Source: Lama glama
Taxonomy: Eukaryota
Length of the DNA: 64,000 bases
Direction of reading: 5' to 3'
Assembly (NCBI GenBank): GCA_028534125.1
Contig: CM052834.1
Coordinates: 806,001 to 870,000 of the forward strand
A program made the translations under genes and the position numbers. Below the pieces are notes generated by a model. That model was not told where the DNA came from. It ran no database searches and saw nothing but the letters and a program-made list of their open reading frames with translations. Shown here in pieces: positions 1-14,264 of the stretch (positions are counted from its first letter, which is position 1; each line of letters opens with the position of its first letter).

Positions 1-639
1 AGATAAAAATAAAGTCACACCAAGCAGAAGATGAGATGCCTCTCCCGCCCTGCCCGCCTTCCTGCAACAGATCAACTTGTTTTCTTACTTTGCATTTGCC
101 ATTTTTAGAAGGGGGTTGAAAGTAAAATCCAAGACTCCACTGGAGAGAAGGCGAGCCCAGCAGCCTCCCTGCCGCCTCCCGGGCACGCGGCACACACCAC
201 GCTCGCAGCACCTGGCGCACGCTGCGGGGCCCCCGGCACGTGAAGGGCCGGCTCGCAAACCTTCCGACTTCGGTTGCAAATCGGACTGGGGGACTGGAGG
301 GGTCTTGGCTCCTGAAAGAGCAAGGCAGTTGCCATTTTAAGGAAATGCATGAGAGTCTTTCAGGAGACCTCTGCCTGAAACGCAGGAAAATCTGGCTGCC
401 TCGGCCCCATGAGACCCTCTCAGATTCCAAATGTCCTTCCCCAGGTGGTTTCCAGAGATGAGCTTTCTGAAGCTCAAGACAGTTATTTTAAACTCCAGTT
501 CCTTAAATTGTATTTCTAAGATATAATTAGGGATTCCTCACTCTTGGCCAGACAACTGCTAATAAGGCCCTGTGTACGCGGTGGTGCGAGCCAGTGAAAC
601 CCGCCAAACACCCACAGCGGCCCCGAGGCACGCCTGCCT

Positions 640-738
640 CTCTCTCCATCTCTGTGTCTCTCTGCCTCTGTGTCTTTCTGTCTCTCGCTCCCCATCTCTG
701 TCTCAGCCTGTCTCTCACACCCGTGCACACACACACGG
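640..738 (+). repeat. (TC/TG)-rich low-complexity tract ending in (CA)n
   Basis: ctctctccatctctgtgtctctctgcctctgtgtctttctgtctctc...cacacacacac. Confidence 0.7.
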
Positions 739-3700
739 AGCACCATTTGTCTCGAAGTGCATCACACTTCGGCTCATGATGGCCTCCTAGCGAGTTTCTT
801 CTTGTTACAACCACCAGACAGACCTCCGACACACACAGTGATGCTTACAGATTTTTCTAAAGGTGTTTGATTACTGTTCTTATGAAAGCAACTCCAGTAA
901 TAACACACGTCCTGCAAAACCAAGACCATGGTGGGGCCCAGGGTAACGTTGAGACTCGCCCCCAGTAAGGACAGACACCCAGCCAGGAGAGCCCCATGTC
1001 TGCTCGGCACGGATCGCCCAGTCACCAGATGCGGGAGGTCCGGGGACCAGGGCACCTGGAATAGAGTCTCCAGGAAGCTCAAGTGTGTGGAAAGGCACCG
1101 GTGCTTGGCGGTTTCCATGTCGGATACCAAGCCCTCAGTCAGACCTCAGGTTAAGCCCGGAAGAACCGCCTCAGAGACAAACAGCATTTGTTATGGGCAA
1201 GACGCCTTTGCTGGGGAGGGTGGGCGTGGATGACTGTGCCTCTGGCTTCGCTGGGTTAGCTCAGCCTCCCAGGCGTCCCGGCGTGGGCCGAGCGTCAGCT
1301 GCTGGGACGGGAAGTGCAACCGATGATTAAACATGAAGACACGGCTCTGCTGGACGGTGAACAGCCACTGCCCCCTGGCAGTGCCCTTCCTCAGGCCCCC
1401 AGATCCTCCCTCAAATTCAGACAGACGGTCTCGGCTCATGAGACGGGCAGCCCTGGCCAAGGGCCTCCTTGTGAGCGTCTCAGCTCACACAGCCATCCTC
1501 GCCAAGCGGGGCGGCCCCGGGTCCACACAGCCCCCACTCCACTCCCCCCTCTACTCCCCACTCAGCACCTGGTTACTCTCGGGCCTGAACTGCGCTGTGT
1601 GCACGACGTGTCCACGTGCGTGTCTGTCATTCCTCTGAGACTGGAAGCCTCTGACGTCTCACGCTTGGCTCATCGCTTTACACGTAACACGTGCCTGGGC
1701 ACCGCACGTATTTCAGGAACGTCTGCGGCTAGAGACGTCTAAAACCCGAAGCTCTAACAGCCTCCGAGAGGACTCCCACCCTCCCCAAGCCCCGCGGGGC
1801 CCGGCCCCCTCTGTGAAACTGTTCTGGGCTCACCTCCCCCGGGGTTTCTGCTCCTCCTAACCTCCAGGGACGCACTGCGCCTCCGACACCTCATCGGACT
1901 GGTTCTGTCTTGTGAACATCCGAGTCTCGCCGTGTGTCCCCTCACCCCGCCAGACGGGACGGTCCCTGAAGGCCAGGACCTCGGGGAAACGCACACATCA
2001 GAAATCCACGCCTGAAAGACGCATGTCCCGTGGGAGATGCTAACCCACTTCCCATTGTTCTAAGTGGGAAATGATGACTGTCCAGCTCAGCCCCCTGCCT
2101 CCCTAAACGCCCCCAAACCCAGCTCAGCCCGAGGCGTCCATGCGCCACTCCCACCCCCAATTACCAACCGGGGAGGGGCACCTCACCCGCTACCCACCCC
2201 TCAACGCCTGCCTTCCTGTAGCTCTGGGCGTGGCGCCAGGGGTTTCACACAGAGAGAGGAGGAGAGGTTCCTGACATCCCAGGCTTCCGGCCCCTCGGGG
2301 TGACAGCCACACACACGACTACACACGGTTTCCAGTTCTGTAAGAGACGGGAGCATGAGGGGCAGCCCGAAAGGTTGTAACATGGAGCCTGGGGACATTC
2401 GATGAGGCCTGAGTAGAAGGAAAAGGAGGTTCTGGGCCTCGTCCCTGTGACCTGCCACCTCCCAGACCCGCCAGCCCGTCTCCAGACTGGACACGTGAGG
2501 CCGGCCTCTCGGGGGGGGGGGGCGGGAGGGACTCAAACCTCCACATGCACAGCTTTCCCAGTCCAACTGCAGAGCCTGTCGCCTGGTGTCACCCAGACCC
2601 TTCATTCAAAGGGCCCTGGGGAGTGAACGCCTCCGAGGGAGGGTGGCGGCTGGAGAGAGGGAGGAGACGGGAGACTCGCTGGCTCCCCCAGCCCCCAGCA
2701 CAGGAGGTGGAGACCCCGTCCCTTGGGAGGGAGGGAGGGAGGCTGGCTCTGGGGGGTGGGGTGTGCGTAAGAGGTTTTCAATATGCATTCTGAGCAACAT
2801 GTTAGCCGTCTGGTTCTGAGTCATTCATAACTCATCAACTTGTTGTTTTGCAAGCGCCGTTTGATGTCCAAGAAGCATCCGGGCCTCCCCAACCCCGTGC
2901 CCCTTTGAAGTGTGCCGTGTGGATGTCACAGCGGCCTGTGCCCTGGGAGCAGAGCCAGGGGCCCTGGCCCCGAAATGGGCGAGGGGCCGGCCTGTGGTGC
3001 GGGCCCTGCAGCCTACAGCCCCCGGGCCACCCTGAGCTCTGCTCAGCCATCCCTCTGCCGTCAGGATGCTTCCCGGTGCCCGGGTGGGGGCTGCCGGAGC
3101 TGGGGGCGAGGTGGGGGCTTGTCCACGCTCACCTCCTTGGTTGCTGACAAGGCCAGGTGGGCACAAAGGAGGTTCAGAAAGTGACCCTAAAAGCAGGAAG
3201 CCCAGGACAGGCTCAGTGTTTGATGACGCTCCCGCCGCAGCAGGACGTCCCCCAGAGGCAGCTGCGGGGGGGGGGGGGCACCTGGTTGTCACTAGCCTGG
3301 GGGGGAGCTGGGAGGGGTGGAAGCCAAGGGTCTAGGCCCCCCACAACGGGGGAGACCTACCCCAGCAGGGAGCAGTCCTGGCCGAGATGCCAACAGCACC
3401 TGAGCGAGAGCCGCATGGAGAGGAAGGGGGCGGGGCCGTGACGCTGCGTCCTGTGGCACCGGGGGGCACAAAACGGGACAGGCAGACGCGACACCCGACT
3501 CCATCTTCTTGGCAACCAGCCTGTCCCTTCTCCGCCCTGACGTCACTGCCTTTCTGAACAGTTCAGAGGCGCGTCCCTCTGTGGGGAAGACCACCCACAC
3601 TCGACTTCAGACAGCCCTCAGCGTGGAGATCAAGTCACTTCCTAAACACTCCAGGGGACGTTAACAGGATGGCCAGGACTCTATCAGCCAAGGAAACAGA

Positions 3701-4429
3701 AAACCCGTGGACTGCAAACAGCCGCTCGCTAGGTTCCCGTGACCACGCACGTAGCGCTCCAGAAACAAAGCCTCTCCTTGCGGAGAAAAGAAGTCTGCCT
3801 GGGGTGGGGGCCACGGGGACGCGTCAGGTGGACGCGTCTCCCGCGGGGCCCGGCGCGTTCCGAGGGGCTGCGGCCCTCTGCCCGCTCAGGCAGGAGCCGG
3901 CAGAGCTCAGAGTCCACTCACAACCCAACTGAACTGGAGGAGGAGTCAAGGCGGTGTCGGCCGGAGGCGCTTCCCTGCGAAGTGGGTCCTTCCTCCTCCG
4001 AGTGGCAGCTGGTGAGACGGCCGGGGGCTGGGGGCGGCCCCCCAGGAGGCAGAGGGCAGGACAGACGTCTCCCAGAGGGTGTGATTCTGAAGGACCCAGG
4101 AGAGAAGCCGGGGCTCCTGCCTCCCCCAGTAACCCCCACGCCCATTAATAAAGCTGGAAACGTCTTTAAATGGCCCAAGAGAAGACGGAAAAGATGAACC
4201 ATTACCACTCGCGCTGGCTGTCGTGGCTGCCGCCTGGTTCCTTAGCTCCTGTGCGGGTTTTAACAGAGAGAGGAACTTGAGAGCGCACAACAGCATCGAC
4301 TGCCTGGAGGGAAGGGGACCGGGCGTCCGGCAAGGAGGGGAAACACACAAAACGAGAGCCTTGAGACGATGAAGCTTCAGCTGGAGCAGCTCCAAGGTCC
4401 CAGGCCGGCCGCTGCCCACCCCCCGGCAG

Positions 4430-4502
4430 CTGGAGCCTCAGTTTCCCTATTTTCACAATGAAAGATTGCGCCCCAAGGCTTTCCAACCCTAAGACGCTGT
4501 AA
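4430..4502 (+). mobile_element. MIR SINE fragment
   Basis: gagcctcagtttccctattttcacaatg core. Confidence 0.6.
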
Positions 4503-4829
4503 GTCGATTTATCCAAAGCAACGTCTGCGTGTTGCCTGGGTCCGCTCAGATGAGGGGAGCAGGGGTCCAAGGTCATCAAATTACATTTCCCTCGTCAGCA
4601 CAACTCAGAAGGAAAAACAGAAATATTTCTGCACAGGATGAAGGATTAAAAAATATACATATAAACGGTCAGGAATCTCCGAGTCCTCGCCAGGCAGACT
4701 AATATGCTGGAATTGCTGCCCCAGAAGCAAGGCTCCTCTTCCGTGCTGGGTGTGCACCCCTCTCTCAGGGATCAAATCCAATCCAGATTCATCTAAACTG
4801 GTCAGGACACCCCCGTTCTCCCTGCCAAA

Positions 4830-5110
4830 GGGACATCTGACTGACTCCCGGCCAATGAGACAAGGTAGTGCCAGCTGGACGCTTCTGGGAAAGGTGTCCT
4901 CAGTCCTGATCCTCAGGGCAGAGCTGCCCTGGACGCTGCTGCTCCACCTGTGATGTCCGGAGCAGTGGCAGCCATCCTGTGACTTCCAGGGGGGCTCTCT
5001 GAGGACGGCCCTGGCACCCCGAAGATGGCAGAGCACAGGCACCAGGAGGACCATACCTCAAAGTCCATCAGGACGTCATGGGTGCGACACAGGACATCCT
5101 GGAGCCAGGC
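4830..5110 (+). mobile_element. MLT1-like LTR fragment
   Basis: cttctgggaaag...tgtgatgtccggagcagtggcagccatcctgtgac motif. Confidence 0.45.
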
Positions 5111-6385
5111 GAGAGGGACAAACTTGCCACCAGTGTCGGGGGGATGAGTTCACACAGCCAGTGCCTCACCGACAGAGGCTTCAGGGAGAGTCACGAGGGA
5201 TTTTGGATAGCAGACCACAGTGTGGGACTAAGAGCAAGTGCGACACACACACAGCGCGTCCCTCACTGAAGACAAACCACCCAACATCATGGTGCCGCTC
5301 TGGGCGTCACCTCTGACGGCCCTGGGCAGCTGTGCGCCCTGCCGCTCCGGGTCCTCGTCCCTCGAAACCGGGACCCCCGTCTGACCCTCCCACCCCATCC
5401 CAGCCCTCCTGGGCCTCCCCGGTGCAACCTGACAGCCACAGGGAGAAAATGAAGAGGTTTTCTACCAGGGACACTGCAGGAATTTGTCTTTGTCTCGAAT
5501 GTGGTTCCATTTCCGGGTTTTGTAATGAAGTCCCCAGGACCTGGGGACGTGGAGATGCCAGGGCATCGAGCAGCCCTGCGCTGTCCCCTCCCCCACCACG
5601 CACATCTCAGGAGCCGCAGTGAATGGCTGACCCGCCGGTCGTCCTGTGCCAGGACACAACCGAGGGCCTCCCGGGGCTGCGTCCTGGGGGAGGCAGAGGC
5701 TGGAGGAGTGGCAGGCGGCTGCCCCGGCCCCGAGCCCTGTCCTGGGCTCCAGTCCCAAGGCCACCTCTCCCCGCCGGGGCAGGCAACCACACGGTGACAG
5801 AGGGTCATTTCCATACAAGGGCCTTCCGGCAGTGAAAGCTCACTTAGGAGGAAATAAATTTGAATCAAATTTACGAAACCGGAGAACATGCAAACCAGGC
5901 ACCTTCCCAGTGAACCTGTGGCTTGGTTTGCAAATGATTCGGATGTTGCATTTCAAGACGGGGTTCACCTCTGCACCGGACTGATTCTGGGGAGGTTGTT
6001 TACAGAAGCCCTGGTCCTACTAAAGGGCTCTCACGATGTCAGATTGTGAAATTAACAAGATGCATTTTAGTTTGGAGCTTCTGGTTCAAAAACCAATTAT
6101 CCTCCAGCTTGGGCCGGTCAATCCCTGATTTAAACATAGGAAAACCGCACTGATCTGAATGTTTCTGGAGGAAGAAGACAGAGAGGAGTCTTGTCTAAAC
6201 GGATGAGAAAATTCCAAATGGCTGGTTTTTGAAGAAAGACGGTTCCAGTGCTTGTAGCAATGAGCACACCGTAGGCTGAGGTTTAAACGAGCACTCGTGA
6301 GTGAAGCTGAGTTAGTCACCGAAAAGTTACCATCCACAGCAGGCTTTTATTACGTAATAATGAATTACTTTATAACAGAGTCTGA

Positions 6386-6592
6386 ATTTTTTTATTTAAT
6401 AATTTTTTTTAGAGTTTTGGCTTTTTTTAGTGGAAGTAGAGTTGATTACAACGCTGTGCTGGCTTCCGGTGTGCGGCAGACTGACTCAGTTATGCACACA
6501 TGTCTTCTTTTTCATTATGTTATTGAGCTTGTTACAGGTTACGAGAGACTGAATATAGTTCCCTGTGCTACCCAGTTGGACCCTGTTGTTTA
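6386..6592 (-). mobile_element. 5'-truncated L1 3' end (laurasiatherian/artiodactyl type)
   Basis: T-rich tail, then gaagtagagttgattacaa...tgaatatagttccctgtgct...ggaccctgttgttta, a typical antisense L1 3' UTR. Confidence 0.8.
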
Positions 6593-9500
6593 AATTTTTT
6601 TAAATCAATAGGAAACACAGACTGTGTCCGATTTCCTGGGGCACAGTTTGAACTTAAGTTTCACAAAACTTAGGATTTAACTGGGCACCTTCAGCGGTCA
6701 GTGAGCGGCTTCAGTGGACACAGACGCAGGGAGGCCGGGCGGGGGTCCACTCGAGGAAGAACGCACGCCCCCCTGAGTGTGGAATCTACCTTGCCAGCAG
6801 AAGCAGCCAGCAGCCTGCGGGGACTCACACGTCCACCTCCCCGTCCCAGCAGCTACAGCTCCCACCTCGGGCCAGGGGTCCCGGGAGGAAGGATGCGTTG
6901 GGCCAGCCGCTACCTGGTGGGGAGGCGGCTCGGGACAGTGCGCCGGGCAGGGGCTGCCGACCTAGACAGGGCCAGACAGGCTTTGCCAGGCAGCTCCAGC
7001 CCATCCACCATGAACCAGAAGGCAACTGCAGATGGGTCCTGTGCTGCTCGAATCTCTAGGTGCCTGGGTCTTCCCCGTACCCCACCCACCTTGCTCCTAT
7101 CAGCTCTGGTCGGGTTGGCCCATGTGACGTTTGAAACACCCAGGAAGAGCTGTCTGCAGGGAGCCTGGGCCTCCAGGATGCTAAACCGGCCGCCGTCGCT
7201 GCCTCCCGGGACCGCGCTGCCCACCCCGGCAGCCCCCGCCCCTTCCACGTCGCTCTCTCACCGGGGCCGTGGGCCCCCTTCTCTTGCATTTCACCGTGAA
7301 TGTGTGTACGTCCCGGCTGGAGCTGCGAAGGCCTTCCTTCCAAAAGTGGTCCAAGCCAGAGGGGGTCTGAAACAGCAGTCCCACATTCCTCACTCGCAAA
7401 GATGTTACTTTCCCTCGTGACTCCCAGCCGCTGTGCAGCGTGTCGGGAACCTCGATGCCACTTACAATCTCTGAGTCTGAAACACCAGCTTGACAGTGAA
7501 CGGAAGAGCAGTTTGGAAGTTGGAGACCGTCTATAAATTACTTCTGTGTGAAAACTCAAATCATCTCACCGCTGGAACTCTGTTCAGGCTACACTGAGGG
7601 CATCTTGCCAGGAAGACCAGGTTGTCCTTTATCAGTTTATCCCTGAGAAGGACACAGGGTCCTGGACTCACTAATTCCCACAGAGAAGGTGGTTAACTGG
7701 CAAAGCTCAGGGAGGAAGCTGGATGCACGCAAGGAGCTTCCCAGACCAGCAGGAGGACTCCGGGCCCCGTCCTGGGACCAGCTTCTGGGCCACCAGCAGC
7801 AGCACGTGCACAAGCCAGTCTCAGGAGTCGCCACGGGGCAGCACGCAACCTCTGGCGCAGACGCCACGAGAAGCCGCACGCCCAGAGAAGGCCCCGCTCC
7901 ACCAGGGTCCGCTCTGCCAGTCACACTTGCCGGGGAGGGCACACCTGGGGATGTGGCGTGGGGGCTCCCCAGTCCGAAACCTCTGCCCCAGGTCCCCGGG
8001 AACTTGGACCCGTGGCCTCAGAGGTCTCTCCCCTCGGGAGCCGGGAGCGCCGCTGACACTGACCACAGCGGAGGGTGGACACAGGGCCCCCGCCCCACGC
8101 TTCCCGCAGAAGCCGGCCCCTCCCTCTGGCACCCACGGCACTCGCCGTGCCCACGACCAGAAGGCATTTTAATAGAAAGCAATTGTTTTTCCTCGTGACA
8201 ACAATGTTTTCCAAAGGACCCTGTCTCTGAAACAGCAGAGCTCTGAAGCTGCAGGACGGGGGAGCTGGAAACGCCCTTCGGCACGTCTGACCCCGCCTTT
8301 TCCGCAGGAGAAACGGGGCCCCGAGACCTGCCCAAGTGGCGGCGGCTCAGCCCCAGACCCAGGTGCTTCCTGCTGCCTGGGGCGGGGGCAGGTCTGGGTC
8401 TGGCCCGCCCTCTGCCCTCCGGCCGTGCGGTCAGGGCGGCCTGGGAAGCCTGCCGAGGCTCTGGGACACCAGCAGCGCCCCTCGTGACCAGTCACCCGGA
8501 CCAGCTGACGGTGGTGGGCACAGCCACGGAGCCACGGCTCCTGCCACCATCACCGCCGTGGCCAGGGGCGTTCAGACACACACGTCTCTCCTCCCACGAA
8601 GGGACGGACACTCACAGGACAGCGTCAGAACATGGTTTCCGTAACTCGAAGCTTCTCTACCAGGTTCCACTGTCACCAGAAAGACATCCGGTCAGCCTGC
8701 CGTTGGGAACAAAGCGTCCCAGTGTCCCCACAGGACCTTCGTTTGGGAAGCCATCCCACCTTCTAGGGGATGGCTTTTCAGGTGTCCCAGGGCAGGACGC
8801 GGGCTAGACCCTGACGGACGCGCAGCTGCTGGAGGGCAGGAAACCCAGGGACGCCTCCCCCGGGTGTGTGATGAATAAGCGAAGGAATGAATGGAGCGCC
8901 CAGCGGAGGCCAATGAACATCTGCAACACTGCCAAAAGATTGCTTAAAAACAACGGCCTCGGGACAGCTAAGCCCTGGACGGAGGCCGCACAACATGGCA
9001 GGGGGTGGGGGTGCCCTTCCCGCCTCCGCTCGGCCCCACCGAGCAGACACACCTGGGAGTGACGAGACGCGCCCTCGGCGACGCCGGTGGCGGCAGACTC
9101 ACCGCGCCCCTTCCTACAGTGTTGTGAAACCCTCTGTTGAAGTCGATTGGCAATGTTTAAACAGCACGTCGCACAGAAGTACGCTGTTACTGATTAGGCA
9201 TGAGGAGCAAGGCAGTGCCATTTCATGCTAACGCAGCACACACGGAAAGCCCTCACCTTTCCAAACACACCTTCAAGGTTTCACATAATCTCGTTTTAGT
9301 GTAGGAACGGTGAGCGCTAGTCCCTCAGCGGAGAAACGCCGGGCACGGCCCAGAAGACGCTTCCCCTGGGCTCGGGAAGTGCCGGTGCCCGACCTTGAGG
9401 ACTCCGACTCTGACCTTGATCAAGGCAGTGGCGCCGGACGCCCTTTGCTGTCTGGGAGCACGGATCGGAAAGGATGCGCGTTCCCCACCTGGAGGCGCGC

Positions 9501-10784
9501 TCCCCGGTCGTCCCGCGAGTGTTGCCCCCCTTCCTTAACCACCACTGGTCAGCGCGGCTCGGAATGGTCCCCGCCCCCAGCGGCCTGACTGGGTGCCCTC
9601 TTGTCGCCGTGGCTGAGGGCCCCCTGCTGTCCTCTCCCCCGGGTCCCGCTCAGCTTGCTGTCAGATGGTCAGCGTCTCTCTTCGTGAAGTTGCCAGCCCC
9701 ACCCCCTCGTCTTGGGCAGCACGGCCAGAGCCCAGCTCAGTCCCCAACCGGGAAGCCAAGACGTCCCCGCGTGAGGGAGTGGCCCCCCCGTTTCCGGGGA
9801 CCGGACCCTCCAGCCTTCCTCTCTCTGTGTGGACTCGGTCGCTCCCCCCTCCCTCGGTAGACCCCCAGGCTTGACATCCGCACACACAACCCTCCAGGCA
9901 CCTCCGCACCAGCCCCACGCTCGTTTAGGAGCCGGGGAGAAATCCAGGGTCCACCTGAAGCCAGAGCCACACAAAGCGGCCAGTGGGGCTGGAGAAGGCC
10001 AGGCCTGCCCACGCCACACCCACCCCCGAGCCAGAGCCGGCAGGGTGCCCGTCCAGGGTGCCCAGGCTCCCCTCCCCACAGGGCTCCGGGTGGCCGACTA
10101 CGTGCCATCTGCTCGGGACACTTGGGAAAGTCCCACGCTTCCCAGAGAACACGCCTTGCACCCCATAGTCACACAAACGAGACTGAAGAGGAGACAAGAC
10201 AAGCCGTATCATGCAGGCCTAGGGACCGAACATCGGTCTCCTCTCTGGGGACGCGGTGCAGAGGGACAGCGGTGACTTTACCCAGAGGGCCCAAGAGGCT
10301 CGACGTCTGTTCCCCACGACCCCACTGTCCCACAAAAACACTCAAAAATCAAAAACAAAACGAAACCAGACGAGGCCCAAAGTAGGAAAGCCACATGCCC
10401 CGCTGGCCACACTCCCACGACGTCCCCCGGCTTGCGTGCGCTCCACCCATTCACCTCGTCTGCTCACCACGGCAGCGCCGCTCCTGCTGGTGGCCGATGG
10501 AGGGCGACTGCTCAGGCTCAGGTGCCGCCATCACTCGTGTGCAGGCAGAAACTCGCAGGTCACCTGGCCGGCTCCCTCCTCGCCCCGACAGTCCTCCAGC
10601 CCCAGCTTCCAGGGTCAGAGAACCCACGCATCTCAACATGTCCTGTCTCTAAAGAGCTCCTTCTTGAACCCACAGCATCCAACACTAACAACCCACACTC
10701 AGCCTGCCCCCCTCGTGGACCCATCTCCTCCGGGCCCCACAGCTGTCCACCAGGGGCCTCGGACAAGCAGCCCTCACAGCCCGC

Positions 10785-10885
10785 CGCTTCACTTAAGCGT
10801 CTGTGTCCTCACCTGTAACACGGGGACAATCCCACCAACCCCCTGCGGGGACTGTGGGAGGAGGCGAGAAGCTGTAATTAAATGA
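10785..10885 (+). mobile_element. MIR SINE fragment
   Basis: gcgtctgtgtcctcacctgtaacacggggacaat, a diverged form of cctcagtttcctcatctgtaaaatggggataat. Confidence 0.6.
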
Positions 10886-11292
10886 CATCCTGCATGTCCA
10901 TCTCCAGGCCCCCGGTAACCCCAGCACGGTGGCCCCGGCCAGGTCGCTCCTCCCTCCGCACTGCGGCTGCAGCCTGGGATCGGGTCCTCGTTCCAGCAGC
11001 CGTGAGTCACACAAAAACAAAATACCTGGCTGTTCTCCGTGGGGAAGACCCTGGAGTCTGGCCCCCCCGTCACGTGTTTGGGTGGCTCCGTCTGGGAATC
11101 TAAGTCTCAGACAAGTCTGGGGTGGCCTGTCGATCTTAACTCTGTCCCCACGGAAGGCCCTGGGCCCCCTCCGAGCTGTCTCTCCGTTTGTGCTTAGAGG
11201 TTCTCTGAGCGACACGCACATGAGCTCAGAAACGTCAGCCCCGAGCCGGGAGGCTGCCGCGCTTCCCTCAAGATGGCTTTAATTCTGCTCCA

Positions 11293-11375
11293 CGTTGTAC
11301 AGATGAAGAAACTGAGGTGCCCGAGATGAGCCGGCCTACGGGACCCGCAGAGCTCAGGCCAGTGCGTGCTGTCTG
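11293..11375 (-). mobile_element. MIR SINE fragment
   Basis: ttgtacagatgaagaaactgagg core. Confidence 0.6.
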
Positions 11376-11399
11376 CCCCGAGACCCCTTCATCCCCGTG

Positions 11400-11460
11400 A
11401 CCCGGCGCCCAGCATGGGGCCCGGCACACAGTAGGTGCTCAGTGAATCCTCCTGCAATAA
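11400..11460 (+). mobile_element. L2 3' end fragment
   Basis: cccagcatggggcccggcacacagtaggtgctcagtgaat. Confidence 0.65.
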
Positions 11461-14264
11461 AAAACACACGACCTCACTGGACACAGCCACCCCCATCTCG
11501 AAAATGGTAAAACCAGGCTGCACAGGATCAGACGACCCTCTGGAGGTGCCCACGGCCGGGAAGCGTGAGAGGAGGACCCAGGCCGCCTGCTCCAAAGCCT
11601 CTCAGCTCGCCTGACCGCCTTCCTCTCGGCGAAACGCCCCAGGATGCAGCACGTGGCCAGGGGAGCGCTGCCACGCCAGCTCCGAGAGCTCGCCCGCTGT
11701 GGCCACGCGCCACGCGCCAGGTCTAGCCCTGAGAAGGGGAAACCTACGGGACCCCAAACTCCTCCGAGCAGAGGCGCTCCCCAGCCCTCCCCCCGCTGCC
11801 TCATCCTGGGACAGTTTGCTTCCCGAGAAGGGAGAGGGCTCCGTGCCAGGCCTGCTGGCCTTCCTGGCAGATGCGGCTCCGGGCCTGGGTGCCCCAGCGC
11901 CCTGCCCGGCCCCGGCCTTGTCGCCAGCCCCCCCGCGCCCTGCCAGGAGAGGGGCGCTCTCCCTCCGGTGTGCCGGTGTGCCGGGCAAGGCGTCTGTCTC
12001 CGCGCGCACACACCCCGGGGCACACCTTGTCCTCAGCGTGGGCTCCACTCCTCCGTCCCTTACCACGTGCTCCACGTGTGGCAGATCTCCCGGAGGAGAC
12101 GGGGACTGGGAGACGTGCCCCCATCCCAGCAGACATGAACACAGGCTCAAGGAAGGTCTGCGTGGGGTGGGGCGGACCCCCGACGAAACTCAGAGCCCAG
12201 CTGACAGGGCAGAGAGAGGGAGGGCCCTGAGGACCCGGCGTGAGTGGCTCTCCCTTGCCCATCAGACGAAGAGAAACTACGAACGTTCCACTAGAGCAGA
12301 GGAGGGTGAGGAGCTGCACCTCCCAGGAGGGGAGCCCGCCACGGGTGCAGGCGGTCTGGGGCTGAAGGAGCCGCAGGAGGAAGGGCAGGGCTGCCCTGGC
12401 AGAGGGCTCGTGTCAGAGTGCGGAGCAAGGGCACTCTGTCCGCTACAGGACACCCGTCGTGACCGTGACTGTGACGCTCTGTCCTTGTGGACCCCCCCCG
12501 CCGCCGACGTCCGCCTCTCCCGCCGGCCGTCCTTGTCCCTGGAGCCCTTCTGGTTTGTGGATTCCAGGCTGGAGCCAGCACTCCAGCAGCACCGCACCCA
12601 CCGCAGAACCACTCAGTACACAAACCAGAGGGGCCCGGGTGGACGTCGGGAGCCCACGGCCCGGAGCTCCCGCACCAGCTCCACACCAAGCACTCGGCGG
12701 GGCGGCGACCTCAGAAGCCCTTCCGACCGACGGGGGTCTCTGTGGGCCTGAGGTGCCGACCGCCTGAGAGGTCTGTGGTTTTCCTCTTCACCAGACAACG
12801 CGCTTGGTCAGGGATCTGGCCAAAACCAACAGTTCGCTAACCAACCAGCGGCAGGCCCGGGGGCTCTGCGGGTCCGTGGTAACGCACCACCCCCTTACTT
12901 CCGTGCTGCACCCCTCGGTCGGGGCAGGACGGCGGAGAGACGCAAGAACAGGCAGATTGTAGGAAGAGACTTCGGGTTCCAAGTCCTCAGACATCCACGC
13001 CCATGCTCCTTTAACCCATTCCACGGGCACTAGGCTGTGCCAGCCACAGAAGAGACCCCTCGTGTCCACATGCTCGGCCTCCTCCCAGAACCCCGGGAAC
13101 CCATCCGGAACGGAGCACACCCCCGGGCCCTTCTGAGAACCGGGCACCAGCCAACCCTCCCTGGTGGGAGCCAGGGCATGAAGGAAGCTGCGGGGTCGGC
13201 CCGCTGCCCAGCGTCAATGGGCGTTGCCAGGAGCTGAGACGCGTTCGCAGGCTTTCGTGACAGCCCGGAAGCAGCCCGAACCCCAGGCCCGGCGCCCTAG
13301 CACCAGAGCCGGCTGCAGAGTGCATTCTAACTCACCCTCGTCGAGCCTCTGGGACCTGGGACGTCTGCAGACCCCACGCCCCCAGCATCAACCCTATGAG
13401 GCTCACACCTTCCCACAGGCATTTTTAAGGAAAACAGTGACCGTGTGCAATCCCCAGAGACCAGTAAGCATGGAAGCACCCCATCCCTTCCCACCCCACC
13501 AGCCCTGGTTCCCGGAGTCGCCACCTGGGACGCGGGTCCGTCTCCCACCCGCTACGTCCTCGGGTTTCAGCAGCCCCCTCAGACGGTCATCCATCTGAAA
13601 GGCCGGCCACTCTTAGTAAGAAGCAGGGAGCCTCTTTCTAAGCCATGATGTCCCTCTGGAGACTCTGCTTCCCTTATTCCTTTTTTCCTGCAAACCTACA
13701 GCTGGAGGAGAACCTTGCCATGTGCAGGTGCCCAGCCTCCCCCACCCCTCACCCCCCGGCTGCATCTCCCTTCACAAGAGGCCGAGGGAAAGATCTCAGA
13801 GGTCACAGGGAGCCCCGAACTAACTGCACGGGATGATGAGAAGGGGTGCACGCAAGCTTTGAGGCCAGGTCTGCCTGAACTCGGGTCAGTTTAATTTTTT
13901 TTTTATTTAAAAAGTCACTGTTTAAGCTGAGGTTGAGTCTCTCTCTGCCTGCCTTCACTGCAGACACGAACCCAGAGGAGAGGATGAGAGGGGAACAGCT
14001 ACTTGACAGGCGTGCAGGCTGCCTGCATCTCATCCTCTCCTGGTTGCTAAGCACCCAGAAACCCATAAGCAGCCTGTAACGGGTGCAGTCACAGGCAAAG
14101 ACAGATGCTCGTCCACAAAAAGGCTCTCTGGATGCCGAGAAGGCAGCCCACTGGAAAAGGTGTGCTCCAAGCTGCTTGGGAAAGTCTGGGTGGAAAGGAA
14201 AAGGTGCCCAGCCTAAGCTGTCAGGCGCCTCTTGGTTAAGCCAAACCTTGCTGTGGCTAAAGTG

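Noticed and set aside
9531-9540. U12 branch-like TTCCTTAAC on the plus strand
   Set aside because: Wrong strand for CACNA1C and no matching U12 donor seen; chance match.
11699-12751. 350-aa plus-strand ORF
   Set aside because: No domain signature and overlapped by ORFs in all frames; a GC artefact.
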